A stretch of DNA of 62,861 nucleotides from positions 1 through 62,861 of IMG/VR virus record IMGVR_UViG_3300034069_000992; one strand, given 5' to 3'. A model generated the notes under the pieces. It had not been told where the DNA came from. It worked only from the letters and a program-made list of their open reading frames with translations, and did not search any database. This document shows, piece after piece, positions 17,605 to 25,538 of the stretch. A program made the translations under genes and the position numbers. How positions within the stretch are numbered: the first letter of the stretch is position 1; the number at the start of each line of letters is the position of its first letter. This DNA comes from a virus.

Positions 17605-19430
17605 AAACCTACGGGAAGGTGCTGCTGGAGGTTGGGCGGAACGCAAGATGGCATATCAAGGATCTGTCACCGCACGTCGCGGTGGCGTTCAAGCGTCTGT
17701 TCCCCCGTGTCGATCAGTATGCGACCGAGTTCTTCATTAGCGACAGCGACGATGCCAGGGCCGATCTTTACTGGTTCATGAGCAGATATCCGCTCGAAAC
17801 GGTGCACCTCGCGCGGCTGAAGGCCGGCGCCAACGCCGTCAGAGATCGAATCGCGCGTCGCGGCGAGATCTTGAGCCCCGATTGGAAGCCGGATGCGACC
17901 AAGGGCATCCGCGAGGGCGAGGCGCCGTACATCTACCAGAGCCAGGCGGCCACCATAGCCGTTGGACAGGGCGGGTTGCTGCTCGCCGACGACGTGGGCC
18001 TGGGCAAGACGGAAGGCGCGCTCACGGCGCTCGCCACCGGCGCCCCTATGCCCGCTGGCGTCGTGGTGCAGGCGCATCTCGCCTATCAGTGGCAGCAGCG
18101 GATCGAGAAGTTCACCACCTTTACCGCGCACGTCATCAACGGCACGACACCGTACTCCCTGCCGCCGGCCGACGTGTATATCTTCCGCTACACCAACATC
18201 GGCGGCTGGATCGACTTCCTGAAAAACGGATTACTGAAATCGGTAATTTACGACGAGATCCAGGAACTCCGGACCGGGACTGAGACGGCGAAAGGCCGGT
18301 GCTGCTCAATCGTCAGCGCGCAGTCGAAGTTCAAGATGGGGCTCACCGCCACCGCCACGTACAATTACGGCGATGAGATCCACACGGTGATGGAATTTCT
18401 CAATCCGGATCTGCTCGGCGAGCGGGAAGAGTTCCTACGCGAGTGGTGCTCTGCCGGCAGGATCGTGAAGCAGCCCGATGCGCTCGGCGAGTTCCTGAAG
18501 GAAACGGGATGGATGCTCCGACGCGACGAGAACGATCCAAACGTGCAGCAGTCGATGCCGAAGCCGAACATCATCCCGATCGAGGTCGACTGGAACGACA
18601 ACGACGTAGAGGACGAGTCGGAGTTGATCCGCAAGCTGGCGATGCGCGTCATGGGCGGCAGCTTCCACGGTTCCGGCAGTGCGTCTCGCGAACTCGATAT
18701 ACGCATGCGCCAGATGACCGGGGTCGCCAAGGCGCGATCGGTGGCGGCCTATGTAAAGATGCTGCTTCAGGACAATGAGCGCGTGATCCTCACCGGCTGG
18801 CATCGCGAGGTCTATGCGATCTGGTACAAGGCGCTGGCACCCTATCGGCCGGTCTTTTACACCGGGACTGAGGACGGCGGGCGCAAGCAGATCTCCATCA
18901 ACAACTTCACCGTTGGCCGCAGTCGCGTCTTCATCCTCTCCAACCGCTCCGGCGCCGGCATCGACGGCCTACAGCACTATTGCTGGGAGACGGTGGTGGG
19001 TGAGTTGGATTGGTCGCCGCAGATCCATAAGCAGATCATCGGCCGCACCCGCCGCCCCGGGCAAAAGCACCAGGTCAACGCGCACTTCCCTTACGTCACG
19101 CAAGGCTCCGATCCGGTGCTTATGGAGATCAACGCCATCAAGAGCGATCAGGCCCGCGGCATCCATGATCCGGGCATCGTGCAGGAGGCGCGGCTTACCG
19201 AAACCAGCCGAGTGAAGCGCCTGGCGCAGTATGTGCTCGATCAGGAAGCCCCGGAGGACACAGGATGCGCGATATGTGGCGGTCCGAGCACGGGACAGCC
19301 GCTCAACATCGTTCCGCTCGCACATGCCGACCGATATCAGGCCGGATCGGAGCGCGAGGCGCTATTCGGCCCCGAAAACATCTGGTTTCTGTGCCGATTG
19401 CACCAGGAAGAAGAGGCGCAGGCCGCTTAG
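17598..19430 (+). CDS. SNF2-family helicase
   Basis: LLADDVGLGKT (motif I), VIYDEIQELR (motif II), ILSNRSGAGIDGLQ...IIGRTRRPGQ (helicase C). Confidence 0.88.
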   Translation: MLKTYGKVLLEVGRNARWHIKDLSPHVAVAFKRLFPRVDQYATEFFISDSDDARADLYWFMSRYPLETVHLARLKAGANAVRDRIARRGEILSPDWKPDATKGIREGEAPYIYQSQAATIAVGQGGLLLADDVGLGKTEGALTALATGAPMPAGVVVQAHLAYQWQQRIEKFTTFTAHVINGTTPYSLPPADVYIFRYTNIGGWIDFLKNGLLKSVIYDEIQELRTGTETAKGRCCSIVSAQSKFKMGLTATATYNYGDEIHTVMEFLNPDLLGEREEFLREWCSAGRIVKQPDALGEFLKETGWMLRRDENDPNVQQSMPKPNIIPIEVDWNDNDVEDESELIRKLAMRVMGGSFHGSGSASRELDIRMRQMTGVAKARSVAAYVKMLLQDNERVILTGWHREVYAIWYKALAPYRPVFYTGTEDGGRKQISINNFTVGRSRVFILSNRSGAGIDGLQHYCWETVVGELDWSPQIHKQIIGRTRRPGQKHQVNAHFPYVTQGSDPVLMEINAIKSDQARGIHDPGIVQEARLTETSRVKRLAQYVLDQEAPEDTGCAICGGPSTGQPLNIVPLAHADRYQAGSEREALFGPENIWFLCRLHQEEEAQAA

Positions 19431-21160
19431 ACGGTGGCGATTGCCACCGAAACGACGTCTGTATCGCCATCGTCGAAGGTGGCGATACAGCGCACCAGCG
19501 CCTCTTGAGGCGTGCCCCCACGCACCCGAACCGACGCCAGCAGGCCATCCCACGTCGGATCTACCAGTTCCAAGCCGCCATCGGGCTGGAAAACCACCTT
19601 CACGATCGCCCGGCCTTCCGAAAAGTCAGTGAGATCGACGCCGTAGCGCCGTGACGTCTCCGGAGCACGATCAGGCCAGCGCAGTTCCATGATTGCCCCT
19701 CTCTTGGGTGTGACGATGCGCGTAGGCGTAGCAGGCGCATAGACGATGCGCGAGACAGCGGCCGGGCGGACGATGAAGTCGTCGTACGCCGGCGGCCGAG
19801 ATGCCCCGACGTCGAACAGAGCCGCCAATCCGGCGAAACTGAAGATCCCAGGCTCGCCAGCCAGCCGGCGGCTGAGCAAAAGGCCCGCGCCTACCGATGC
19901 AAGGGCGAAAGCGGCCGCTCCAGCGCCGAATCGACGGTAACGGGGGAAGGAAGCGGGCTTTCCGCTGGTCGAAAAGATGCCGGAAGAGGCTAGAAAACGG
20001 TGTCCGAAGGCCAGATTTGCGGCCGATACGACCACGAGAAACGCCCCGGTGGACGCCATAAGGGACCGCGCGCCGATCTTTGTGAGCGCAACAGGCATAC
20101 CGTTGAGGGCAAATGAGCCCTTGGAAGCCCCGATACTGCGGTTCAATCCGAGGTTTATAGCCTGCCCGACGAAGCTAAAATCGCTTTTTCCGGCTGGGAG
20201 AAGGTGCCCGGTAAGCAGATTTACGGCTTTGCCCAGGAGCGAATAGCTGCCCGGCGCTGCGGTAAGTAAGCGCGATCCTCGCAATACAACCTGGTTGCCT
20301 GTTAGCCCGTACGCGCCAGCCGAGATTGGCATGGCGTATCCGCGCAGCAGGTTGGCCCCGACACCTGATAGTTGGAACGCGCCCGTCTGCGCTGAGATCG
20401 TCGTTCCTGCCGATGCTCCAGTCGTCGGCGCGGCCGACTTATATGGGTGCGCATCCGGCAGCAGGGATTGCATACCCCACTTCCAAGCAAGATAGCCTTC
20501 AAGCTTCTGCCGATCGCTGTCCGACAGGATGTAGTTGAAGACGAGGCTTTCTTGGATGAAACCGGTGAGAAAGTACTTCTCAACCGCGCCGCGGCCGAAG
20601 GTAAAGCTGTAGGCTGTCGGTGTATTATACGACAGCGTGCCGGTTTCCATTGAACCGCCATCGATATAGCCGGTTACGGCACCGGCATTAAGACCGAAGA
20701 CGTTTACGACACCTAGCGCGTCATTATTGAAGTTGCGTGCTGACGCAACTCCGCTGCCAAGAACTTCCCAGGTCGTCGTATAATAGGCATCAATGCCCCG
20801 GGTGGAGCCATTTACCTTGCCGCCATATTCCACGTAGCGGCCGCCACTGGCTTTGCCGACCACCGCCATCATCGACGGGGCGCTTGATCCTGTTGAGAGA
20901 CCTGAAGAAGCGCCGTAACCCGCCGAAAGGATTTGGCCTCCGGCGAATTGCAACGCCGGAAGCCCGTTCAATCCCGTAGGCGAGTAGGTCGGTAAGCTGG
21001 TGGTGACGGTGCCGTTAGAAAAGGTTGTCTGCCAGCTTCCCTTGTTAGCGATCGAATTTACGTGCGAACCATCGGCGTTCATCACGATCGTCGACGCATC
21101 GGAGACGTCCACCCATACTACGGGCGGAACGGCTAGGCTGGCAGGCGTCCAGAGTGCCAT
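19427..21160 (-). CDS. Tail fibre protein: N-terminal LamG/ConA-like lectin domain, about nine 22-aa repeats, C-terminal domain
   Basis: RQKLEGYLAWKWG motif closing a LamG-like domain. Repeats GAFQLSGVGANLLRG / GAYGLTGNQVVLRGS / GSYSLLGKAVNLLTG / SDFSFVGQAINLGLN ... (DNA about 19800-20370). Confidence 0.65.
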   Translation of the reverse strand: MALWTPASLAVPPVVWVDVSDASTIVMNADGSHVNSIANKGSWQTTFSNGTVTTSLPTYSPTGLNGLPALQFAGGQILSAGYGASSGLSTGSSAPSMMAVVGKASGGRYVEYGGKVNGSTRGIDAYYTTTWEVLGSGVASARNFNNDALGVVNVFGLNAGAVTGYIDGGSMETGTLSYNTPTAYSFTFGRGAVEKYFLTGFIQESLVFNYILSDSDRQKLEGYLAWKWGMQSLLPDAHPYKSAAPTTGASAGTTISAQTGAFQLSGVGANLLRGYAMPISAGAYGLTGNQVVLRGSRLLTAAPGSYSLLGKAVNLLTGHLLPAGKSDFSFVGQAINLGLNRSIGASKGSFALNGMPVALTKIGARSLMASTGAFLVVVSAANLAFGHRFLASSGIFSTSGKPASFPRYRRFGAGAAAFALASVGAGLLLSRRLAGEPGIFSFAGLAALFDVGASRPPAYDDFIVRPAAVSRIVYAPATPTRIVTPKRGAIMELRWPDRAPETSRRYGVDLTDFSEGRAIVKVVFQPDGGLELVDPTWDGLLASVRVRGGTPQEALVRCIATFDDGDTDVVSVAIATV

Positions 21161-21399
21161 TATTCGAGGCTGGTACGGCCGCCGAGTGCCCGGGCGATCA
21201 GCCCGCGCTCCTGATCGATGTCGAAGAGGCCGGCTTCAGCGGCGCGGATCTCGTCGTCGAGCGCCTCCATCTGCGTCTGCGCATTGACTGAAACTTCGTC
21301 GCGCTGCTCGCGCAGTGGTGTCGACTGTCCGAGGATCGAATCACGCTGCTCGCCAAGTTCGGCGAAGCGCGCGCGCAATGCTTCTGGTGTCATATCCAT
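21160..21399 (-). CDS. Small coiled-coil protein (fibre-associated)
   Basis: 79-aa ORF; stop/start overlap with the fibre gene. Confidence 0.5.
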   Translation of the reverse strand: MDMTPEALRARFAELGEQRDSILGQSTPLREQRDEVSVNAQTQMEALDDEIRAAEAGLFDIDQERGLIARALGGRTSLE

Positions 21400-21411
21400 C
21401 GGTGCAGATCC

Positions 21412-21864
21412 TTACGAGAGGGTGAGGACGCCGTTGGCGTCGTCGAAGTCGGCCGTCAACGTCTCGCCCGACGCGAGAGTGAACGATGCGCCATAATCCC
21501 ACCAGCCGATCAGGCCGCCGGACGTGGCGTTGTAGAGCACCGCGTAACGTGCCGGTCCGATCGATCCGCCCGACGCGCTGATGACGGTATCGGCGAGCGT
21601 CAGCTTGTAGATCCCGTTGGTTTGGGCCGACGAACTGACTGTCGTTTGCGGGCCGCCGGCAACATAGCCATTGCCTGCTGCGATTTCGGCGATATCAGCT
21701 TTCACCGCGTTGGTGCGTACCGGCAAGGTGTTAGTCAGCATCAAGCGCAGCGTATCCGATGCAAGGTTATGCTGCTTCTCGGCGACGGCCTTCACGAAGG
21801 CGTCGAATTTATTAAATGCGGCCACGGCAACGATCTCCATCAAGGGCTCGCCCGCAATTATCAC
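21412..21864 (-). CDS. Hypothetical structural protein (start 21840 or 21864)
   Basis: 150-aa ORF, first gene of the isolated minus-strand fibre unit. Confidence 0.5.
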   Translation of the reverse strand: MIIAGEPLMEIVAVAAFNKFDAFVKAVAEKQHNLASDTLRLMLTNTLPVRTNAVKADIAEIAAGNGYVAGGPQTTVSSSAQTNGIYKLTLADTVISASGGSIGPARYAVLYNATSGGLIGWWDYGASFTLASGETLTADFDDANGVLTLS

Positions 21865-22078
21865 ATCGATTTGCCGTTGTCGTTTCGCATAATTCTCGAA
21901 AATCTCGATGTGACCAATTCAGCGGTCCACAACCGCTATGGCCGAAGGGGTCGGAAAGAAGGACCCGGACCCCGGGGGGGGTGCATATGTCCGCGCCCGC
22001 GCACCCGTACCTGTGCGCCCGCGTGCAAGGACTCGCGCGCCAATCTCCAGCCCGGCGCGAGCGCGCGCAGCGTGCTTC

Positions 22079-22097
22079 ATTCGCAATATTTGCGAAT
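22079..22097. promoter_or_regulatory. Perfect 19-bp palindrome (candidate operator) abutting a candidate -35 TTGCAA
   Basis: ATTCGCAA-TAT-TTGCGAAT at 22079-22097. TTGCAA at 22102-22107 and CATTTA 17 nt downstream; about 80 nt upstream of the first ORF of the ribozyme-containing operon. Confidence 0.45.
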
Positions 22098-22185
22098 TGT
22101 GTTGCAACCTCCGATCAACTGGCGCATTTAGACCATGCCAGCACCGGGAAGCCCGAGTCGCCACGGCAGAAACGAAGGAACTACG

Positions 22186-22434
22186 ATGACACTCGACACC
22201 ATCGACAGCACCGAACTAGCGCGCCGCTTCGCGCTCAACCCTTTTAACCTTGGCGGCATTGCCAACGCCCCACGCCTGAGCGCCCACGACTTCAGCGCCG
22301 CGTGCTTCGAGGCTCAAGGCCGCGCCGCCTATCCGCATGGCCGTAACCCTTACAACGCTGGCACCATGGCTAACACGCGTTGGGCGCGCGGTTGGCATCA
22401 GGCCGATGATGCCACGATCGCAAAGGAGGCTTGA
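22186..22434 (+). CDS. Rmf/CrpP-like small protein
   Basis: GAAGGA SD. GRAAYPHGRNPYNAGTMANTRWARGW resembles the RMF/CrpP G..G....PY.....W..GW pattern. Confidence 0.45.
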   Translation: MTLDTIDSTELARRFALNPFNLGGIANAPRLSAHDFSAACFEAQGRAAYPHGRNPYNAGTMANTRWARGWHQADDATIAKEA

Positions 22435-22437
22435 GCG

Positions 22438-22680
22438 ATGCGCCACTATTTCACCGATGCGATCGCCTACACCAAGCCGGAGCCGCATCATCGCCTTTGC
22501 CTTCAGTTTGACGCGGTGACACTTCAGCAACGCGGCAAAGACAATTTCGCTGTGCGCTACGGCAAGCAAGTTGATGCAGATGCTACATATGCGGAAGCGT
22601 GTGCACTGTTAGGCGCGGCCTTGATGCATCAAGCCGCATGTGGGGGCCTGTTAGACAATCGAGAGAAAGGCGAACGCTAA
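22438..22680 (+). CDS. Hypothetical protein
   Basis: 80-aa ORF 3 nt after the upstream stop; its TAA is followed immediately by hammerhead 1. Confidence 0.55.
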   Translation: MRHYFTDAIAYTKPEPHHRLCLQFDAVTLQQRGKDNFAVRYGKQVDADATYAEACALLGAALMHQAACGGLLDNREKGER

Positions 22681-22736
22681 GGCGAAACGGGGCGCACGCC
22701 CCGTCCGCTAGGCTGGCATCCTAGCGCTGATGAGCC
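22681..22736 (+). ncRNA. Type II hammerhead self-cleaving ribozyme (HHR-1)
   Basis: GGC-GAAA-[CGGGGC GCAC GCCCCG]-UC|-[CGCUAGG CUGGCAU CCUAGCG]-CUGAUGA-GCC. Full conserved core, GUC cleavage triplet; predicted cut between 22705 and 22706. Confidence 0.88.
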
Positions 22737-22759
22737 TGCCACGAATGAAAGAACACACG

Positions 22760-22990
22760 ATGCCCGTATCCCTCGCCAAGTCGGTTGACCTGTCCAAGCG
22801 CACCGCACCCGCACCCGTGATCGTGTGCACCGTTGACATGGGCGCACGCCCCGCCCGCATCGATCGCAAGCGCGCACCTAGCGCCAAGGCTCGCACCGTG
22901 TCGCGCCGTACCGCACGCCGCATGAAGTTGACCGCCGCCTTCCTCGCGTTCGCCTTCCCTGCGGACCTCTCCGCCTTCGCTGCCCGCTGA
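22760..22990 (+). CDS. Hypothetical basic protein
   Basis: ATG 22760, about 24 nt after HHR-1; low-complexity, coding status less certain. Confidence 0.4.
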   Translation: MPVSLAKSVDLSKRTAPAPVIVCTVDMGARPARIDRKRAPSAKARTVSRRTARRMKLTAAFLAFAFPADLSAFAAR

Positions 22991-23005
22991 TCTGGAGCCG
23001 ATACG

Positions 23006-23617
23006 ATGTCTGATTTCACCACCCTTTCCGTTCCCGCAGATGCCACGCCAGCGGACAAGGTGCGCGCCGCGTGCAATGCGCTCGGCCTTACGATCCGCGC
23101 CGAGTTCGTGCCCTTTAGCAAGTCGCGCAATGCGAAGCCCCGCGACGGGCAGGACAAGCCGTGGCGTTCGCTGAACTGGAACATCACGCTTGAGCGCAAC
23201 GGGCGCGACGTGATGACGACGGAATACAGCGCTGGCGAAGGCAATTGCCCCGCGTCCAAACTGCCAGCAACCGCGCTCCGCCGCGCGCAATATACCGATG
23301 CGACGGCGCGCCGGATGGCCGTAGACCATGAAATCGAAACCGGGCGGGAAGCGCGGTTTACCTTCGGCGGATACCTCAAGCAAAATGGTCCGCAGATACA
23401 GCCGGACGCGCCAAGCGTGATTATGTCGCTAGTGCTGGACTCGTCCGTGCTGGATGCTGGCAGCTTCGAGGATTGGGCGGCGGAATACGGTTACGATACC
23501 GATAGCCGTTCGGCGGAGCGCACCTATCAGGCGTGTTTAAAAACCGCGTTGAAGCTGCGCGCCGCGATTGGTGAAGTCGGGCTGGAATTGCTCCGCGCTG
23601 CCGGGGAGGATTTCTGA
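23006..23617 (+). CDS. Hypothetical protein
   Basis: 203-aa ORF with protein-like composition. Confidence 0.6.
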   Translation: MSDFTTLSVPADATPADKVRAACNALGLTIRAEFVPFSKSRNAKPRDGQDKPWRSLNWNITLERNGRDVMTTEYSAGEGNCPASKLPATALRRAQYTDATARRMAVDHEIETGREARFTFGGYLKQNGPQIQPDAPSVIMSLVLDSSVLDAGSFEDWAAEYGYDTDSRSAERTYQACLKTALKLRAAIGEVGLELLRAAGEDF

Positions 23618-23817
23618 TGGCTAAGAAATCCGGCTTCAATCTGTCGTTCGACGTTCGCAATGCGGCTTTTGACGACGGCAACCGGCCATACGAAGCCGCG
23701 CGCATCCTTCGCGAAATCGCCGATAAATTAGAGGCTCAAGCCTATGTGGGTGGCGGCCACGTCCGCGATGTGAACGGCAACACGATAGGCCATTGGGAGA
23801 TGACACCAACCGCATAG
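23617..23817 (+). CDS. Hypothetical protein
   Basis: 66-aa ORF, TGATG coupling; its TAG overlaps the first base of HHR-2. Confidence 0.55.
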   Translation: MAKKSGFNLSFDVRNAAFDDGNRPYEAARILREIADKLEAQAYVGGGHVRDVNGNTIGHWEMTPTA

Positions 23818-23879
23818 GCGAAACGCTCCGCCACCGTGCGGGGCGTCCAACCGGATCGGGAACCGGTTGCTGATGAGCC
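23817..23879 (+). ncRNA. Type II hammerhead self-cleaving ribozyme (HHR-2)
   Basis: GGC-GAAA-[CGCUCCGC CACCGU GCGGGGCG]-UC|-[CAACCGG AUCGGGAA CCGGUUG]-CUGAUGA-GCC; predicted cut between 23847 and 23848. Confidence 0.88.
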
Positions 23880-23903
23880 AGCCCTAGAAACGAAGGATTG
23901 CAC

Positions 23904-24227
23904 ATGCGCTATTTTGTCACCGTCACGCGCGACACCACGGAAAGCACGGTTATCACCGTTGACGCCGCAAACATGACAGCCGCGCGCGACGTCGCGATTG
24001 AGAAGGCCCGGAACGAAGCTGGCGCCTATAATTGGGTTCCGGACGATTGCACCGGTGGCGATCCGTATTTGGCTGATCCCGATGAGAAATTGCAGACAGC
24101 GGACGACGACGCGGACGACGACGCTTGCGGGCAATGCGATGGCACCGGCACCACCGACGCAATGGGGCGCGTAGAGCAATGCCCGGTCTGCGACGGTACC
24201 GGCACCCTCCAGACCGGCGAAATCTGA
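23904..24227 (+). CDS. Small protein with DnaJ-type CxxCxGxG zinc-finger pair
   Basis: CGQCDGTGT...CPVCDGTGT; ATG 23904 preceded by the GAAACGAAGGA leader. Confidence 0.6.
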   Translation: MRYFVTVTRDTTESTVITVDAANMTAARDVAIEKARNEAGAYNWVPDDCTGGDPYLADPDEKLQTADDDADDDACGQCDGTGTTDAMGRVEQCPVCDGTGTLQTGEI

Positions 24228-24230
24228 ACC

Positions 24231-24332
24231 ATGCTCTACAACCTCGCCGCCGCCGCTCAATATGCCTTTTTCGCCTTTGCTGGAGCCGTCGCGATTTACG
24301 CGATCGTCCGCACAATCAAGGATGCCCGCTAA
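24231..24332 (+). CDS. 33-aa predicted membrane peptide
   Basis: Read by eye (below the track cutoff): MLYNLAAAAQYAFFAFAGAVAIYAIVRTIKDAR; TAATG coupling to the next ORF. Confidence 0.4.
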   Translation: MLYNLAAAAQYAFFAFAGAVAIYAIVRTIKDAR

Positions 24333-24532
24333 TGCGCCTTTACCGCCTGATTGTGACAGAGCCGGCTCTGGGCGTAGTGAAGCGCGAGCGCTTCAACGCC
24401 GCTACCGATCTCGCCGCCGAACGCATCGCCGGGGATGCTTGGAACGCACCCTATTCGATCGCTGAACCGGGCCGCTATCGCCTGAAGCTGTACCGCAGCG
24501 GGGAACGCCGCCCGTTCCACACGATAGGCTAA
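24332..24532 (+). CDS. Hypothetical protein
   Basis: MRLYRLIVTEPALGVVKRERF... (C-terminal part of track ORF 24125..24532); stop 2 nt before HHR-3. Confidence 0.5.
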   Translation: MRLYRLIVTEPALGVVKRERFNAATDLAAERIAGDAWNAPYSIAEPGRYRLKLYRSGERRPFHTIG

Positions 24533-24534
24533 TT

Positions 24535-24596
24535 GCCGAAACGCCGCGCCTTGCGCGTGGCGTCCACCGGAACCGTCCACCCGGTGCTGATGAGGC
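24535..24596 (+). ncRNA. Type II hammerhead self-cleaving ribozyme (HHR-3)
   Basis: GCC-GAAA-[CGCCGCGC CUUGC GCGUGGCG]-UC|-[CACCGG AACCGUCCAC CCGGUG]-CUGAUGA-GGC. Stem II is swapped (GCC/GGC) relative to HHR-1/2; predicted cut between 24564 and 24565. Confidence 0.88.
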
Positions 24597-24617
24597 AGGA
24601 CACGAAACGAAGGAACG

Positions 24618-25538
24618 ATGATGCTGAACCTGTTCGATCACACGCAAGGCTTGCCCTACACCGCTGAGAAGCCCCGCGCCGCCGATGCGCACGAAATCCG
24701 CGCCTATCTGGAATGGCTGGCGGCGGTGCGTGGCATCACGATCCCCGCTGATGCCCGCTTCTATACGGCAGGCATTTGGACGGGCACCGGGGAGGATGCG
24801 CGGTGCGTAATGGATATGCCCGGCTATGGCGTCACCGATACGGGCACGATGGAAACGCTAGACGAGGATGGCGAAGTGATCCGCAAGGTTCCGCTCGCCA
24901 CCGACAAAAAGGGCAAGCTAGTGCTTACCGCTGCACAGATTGCCACCGCCTGCGCATTGCCCAAGGTTCGCAAAGCCCGAAAGGCCGCTGCAAAGCCCGT
25001 AGAGCGCGCCGAACCGGTTTCGACTACGTCCGCACCATCCGACGACGTTGTGGCGCTGCTGGCGCGCGTGGCGGCGCTGGAATCGGCAATGCGCACCGTT
25101 GGGCTTGCTGTCACCACCGCGAAGCCGGTTGCAGCTAACGACGATGCCGCGCCGCCGCGCCGCACTGAGCGCGAGCGCGCCGCCATCCTGCGGGCGTGGC
25201 GTATGCGGCGCGAGATGCGCGAGCGGGCGGACCTAGACCGGCGCGCGCTTGAGGCGGCGAACGTCTGGGCGCGCGCTGAAGTGGCGCGAGTTGGCGAAGC
25301 ACTGGAACAAGCCGCCAATGCCCGCACCGCCGCCACCGCCTACAAATCGGAGATGGAAGCCGCATGCATCCGCGCCGATCGCACTGAAGCCGATTTGCGT
25401 GGGGCGCGTGCTGAAGCGGCGGCGCTGGTGCGCAAGCTGGAGCAATCCCGCTCTGCCACCGTCACGCGGCGCGCGCTGCCTATTCCCATGCCTGTCGCCA
25501 CCGCGCTCCCCCGCGTGCTTGTGGGAGCGACACGATGA
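24618..25538 (+). CDS. Hypothetical protein with C-terminal coiled coil
   Basis: 306-aa ORF, GAAACGAAGGAA leader. Confidence 0.6.
   Translation: MMLNLFDHTQGLPYTAEKPRAADAHEIRAYLEWLAAVRGITIPADARFYTAGIWTGTGEDARCVMDMPGYGVTDTGTMETLDEDGEVIRKVPLATDKKGKLVLTAAQIATACALPKVRKARKAAAKPVERAEPVSTTSAPSDDVVALLARVAALESAMRTVGLAVTTAKPVAANDDAAPPRRTERERAAILRAWRMRREMRERADLDRRALEAANVWARAEVARVGEALEQAANARTAATAYKSEMEAACIRADRTEADLRGARAEAAALVRKLEQSRSATVTRRALPIPMPVATALPRVLVGATR

Noticed and set aside
21865-22078. GC-rich repeats (gcgcccgcg twice) and overlapping long ORFs in the divergent gap
   Set aside because: The ORFs on both strands are Arg/Pro-rich with no SD. The short direct repeat is too small to interpret. The region is kept as an unannotated regulatory region.
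22135-22185. Possible fourth ribozyme upstream of the first ORF, because the conserved GAAACGAAGGA leader is present
   Set aside because: No CUGAUGA box or hammerhead helices occur in the preceding 300 nt. The leader appears to be a shared RBS context only.
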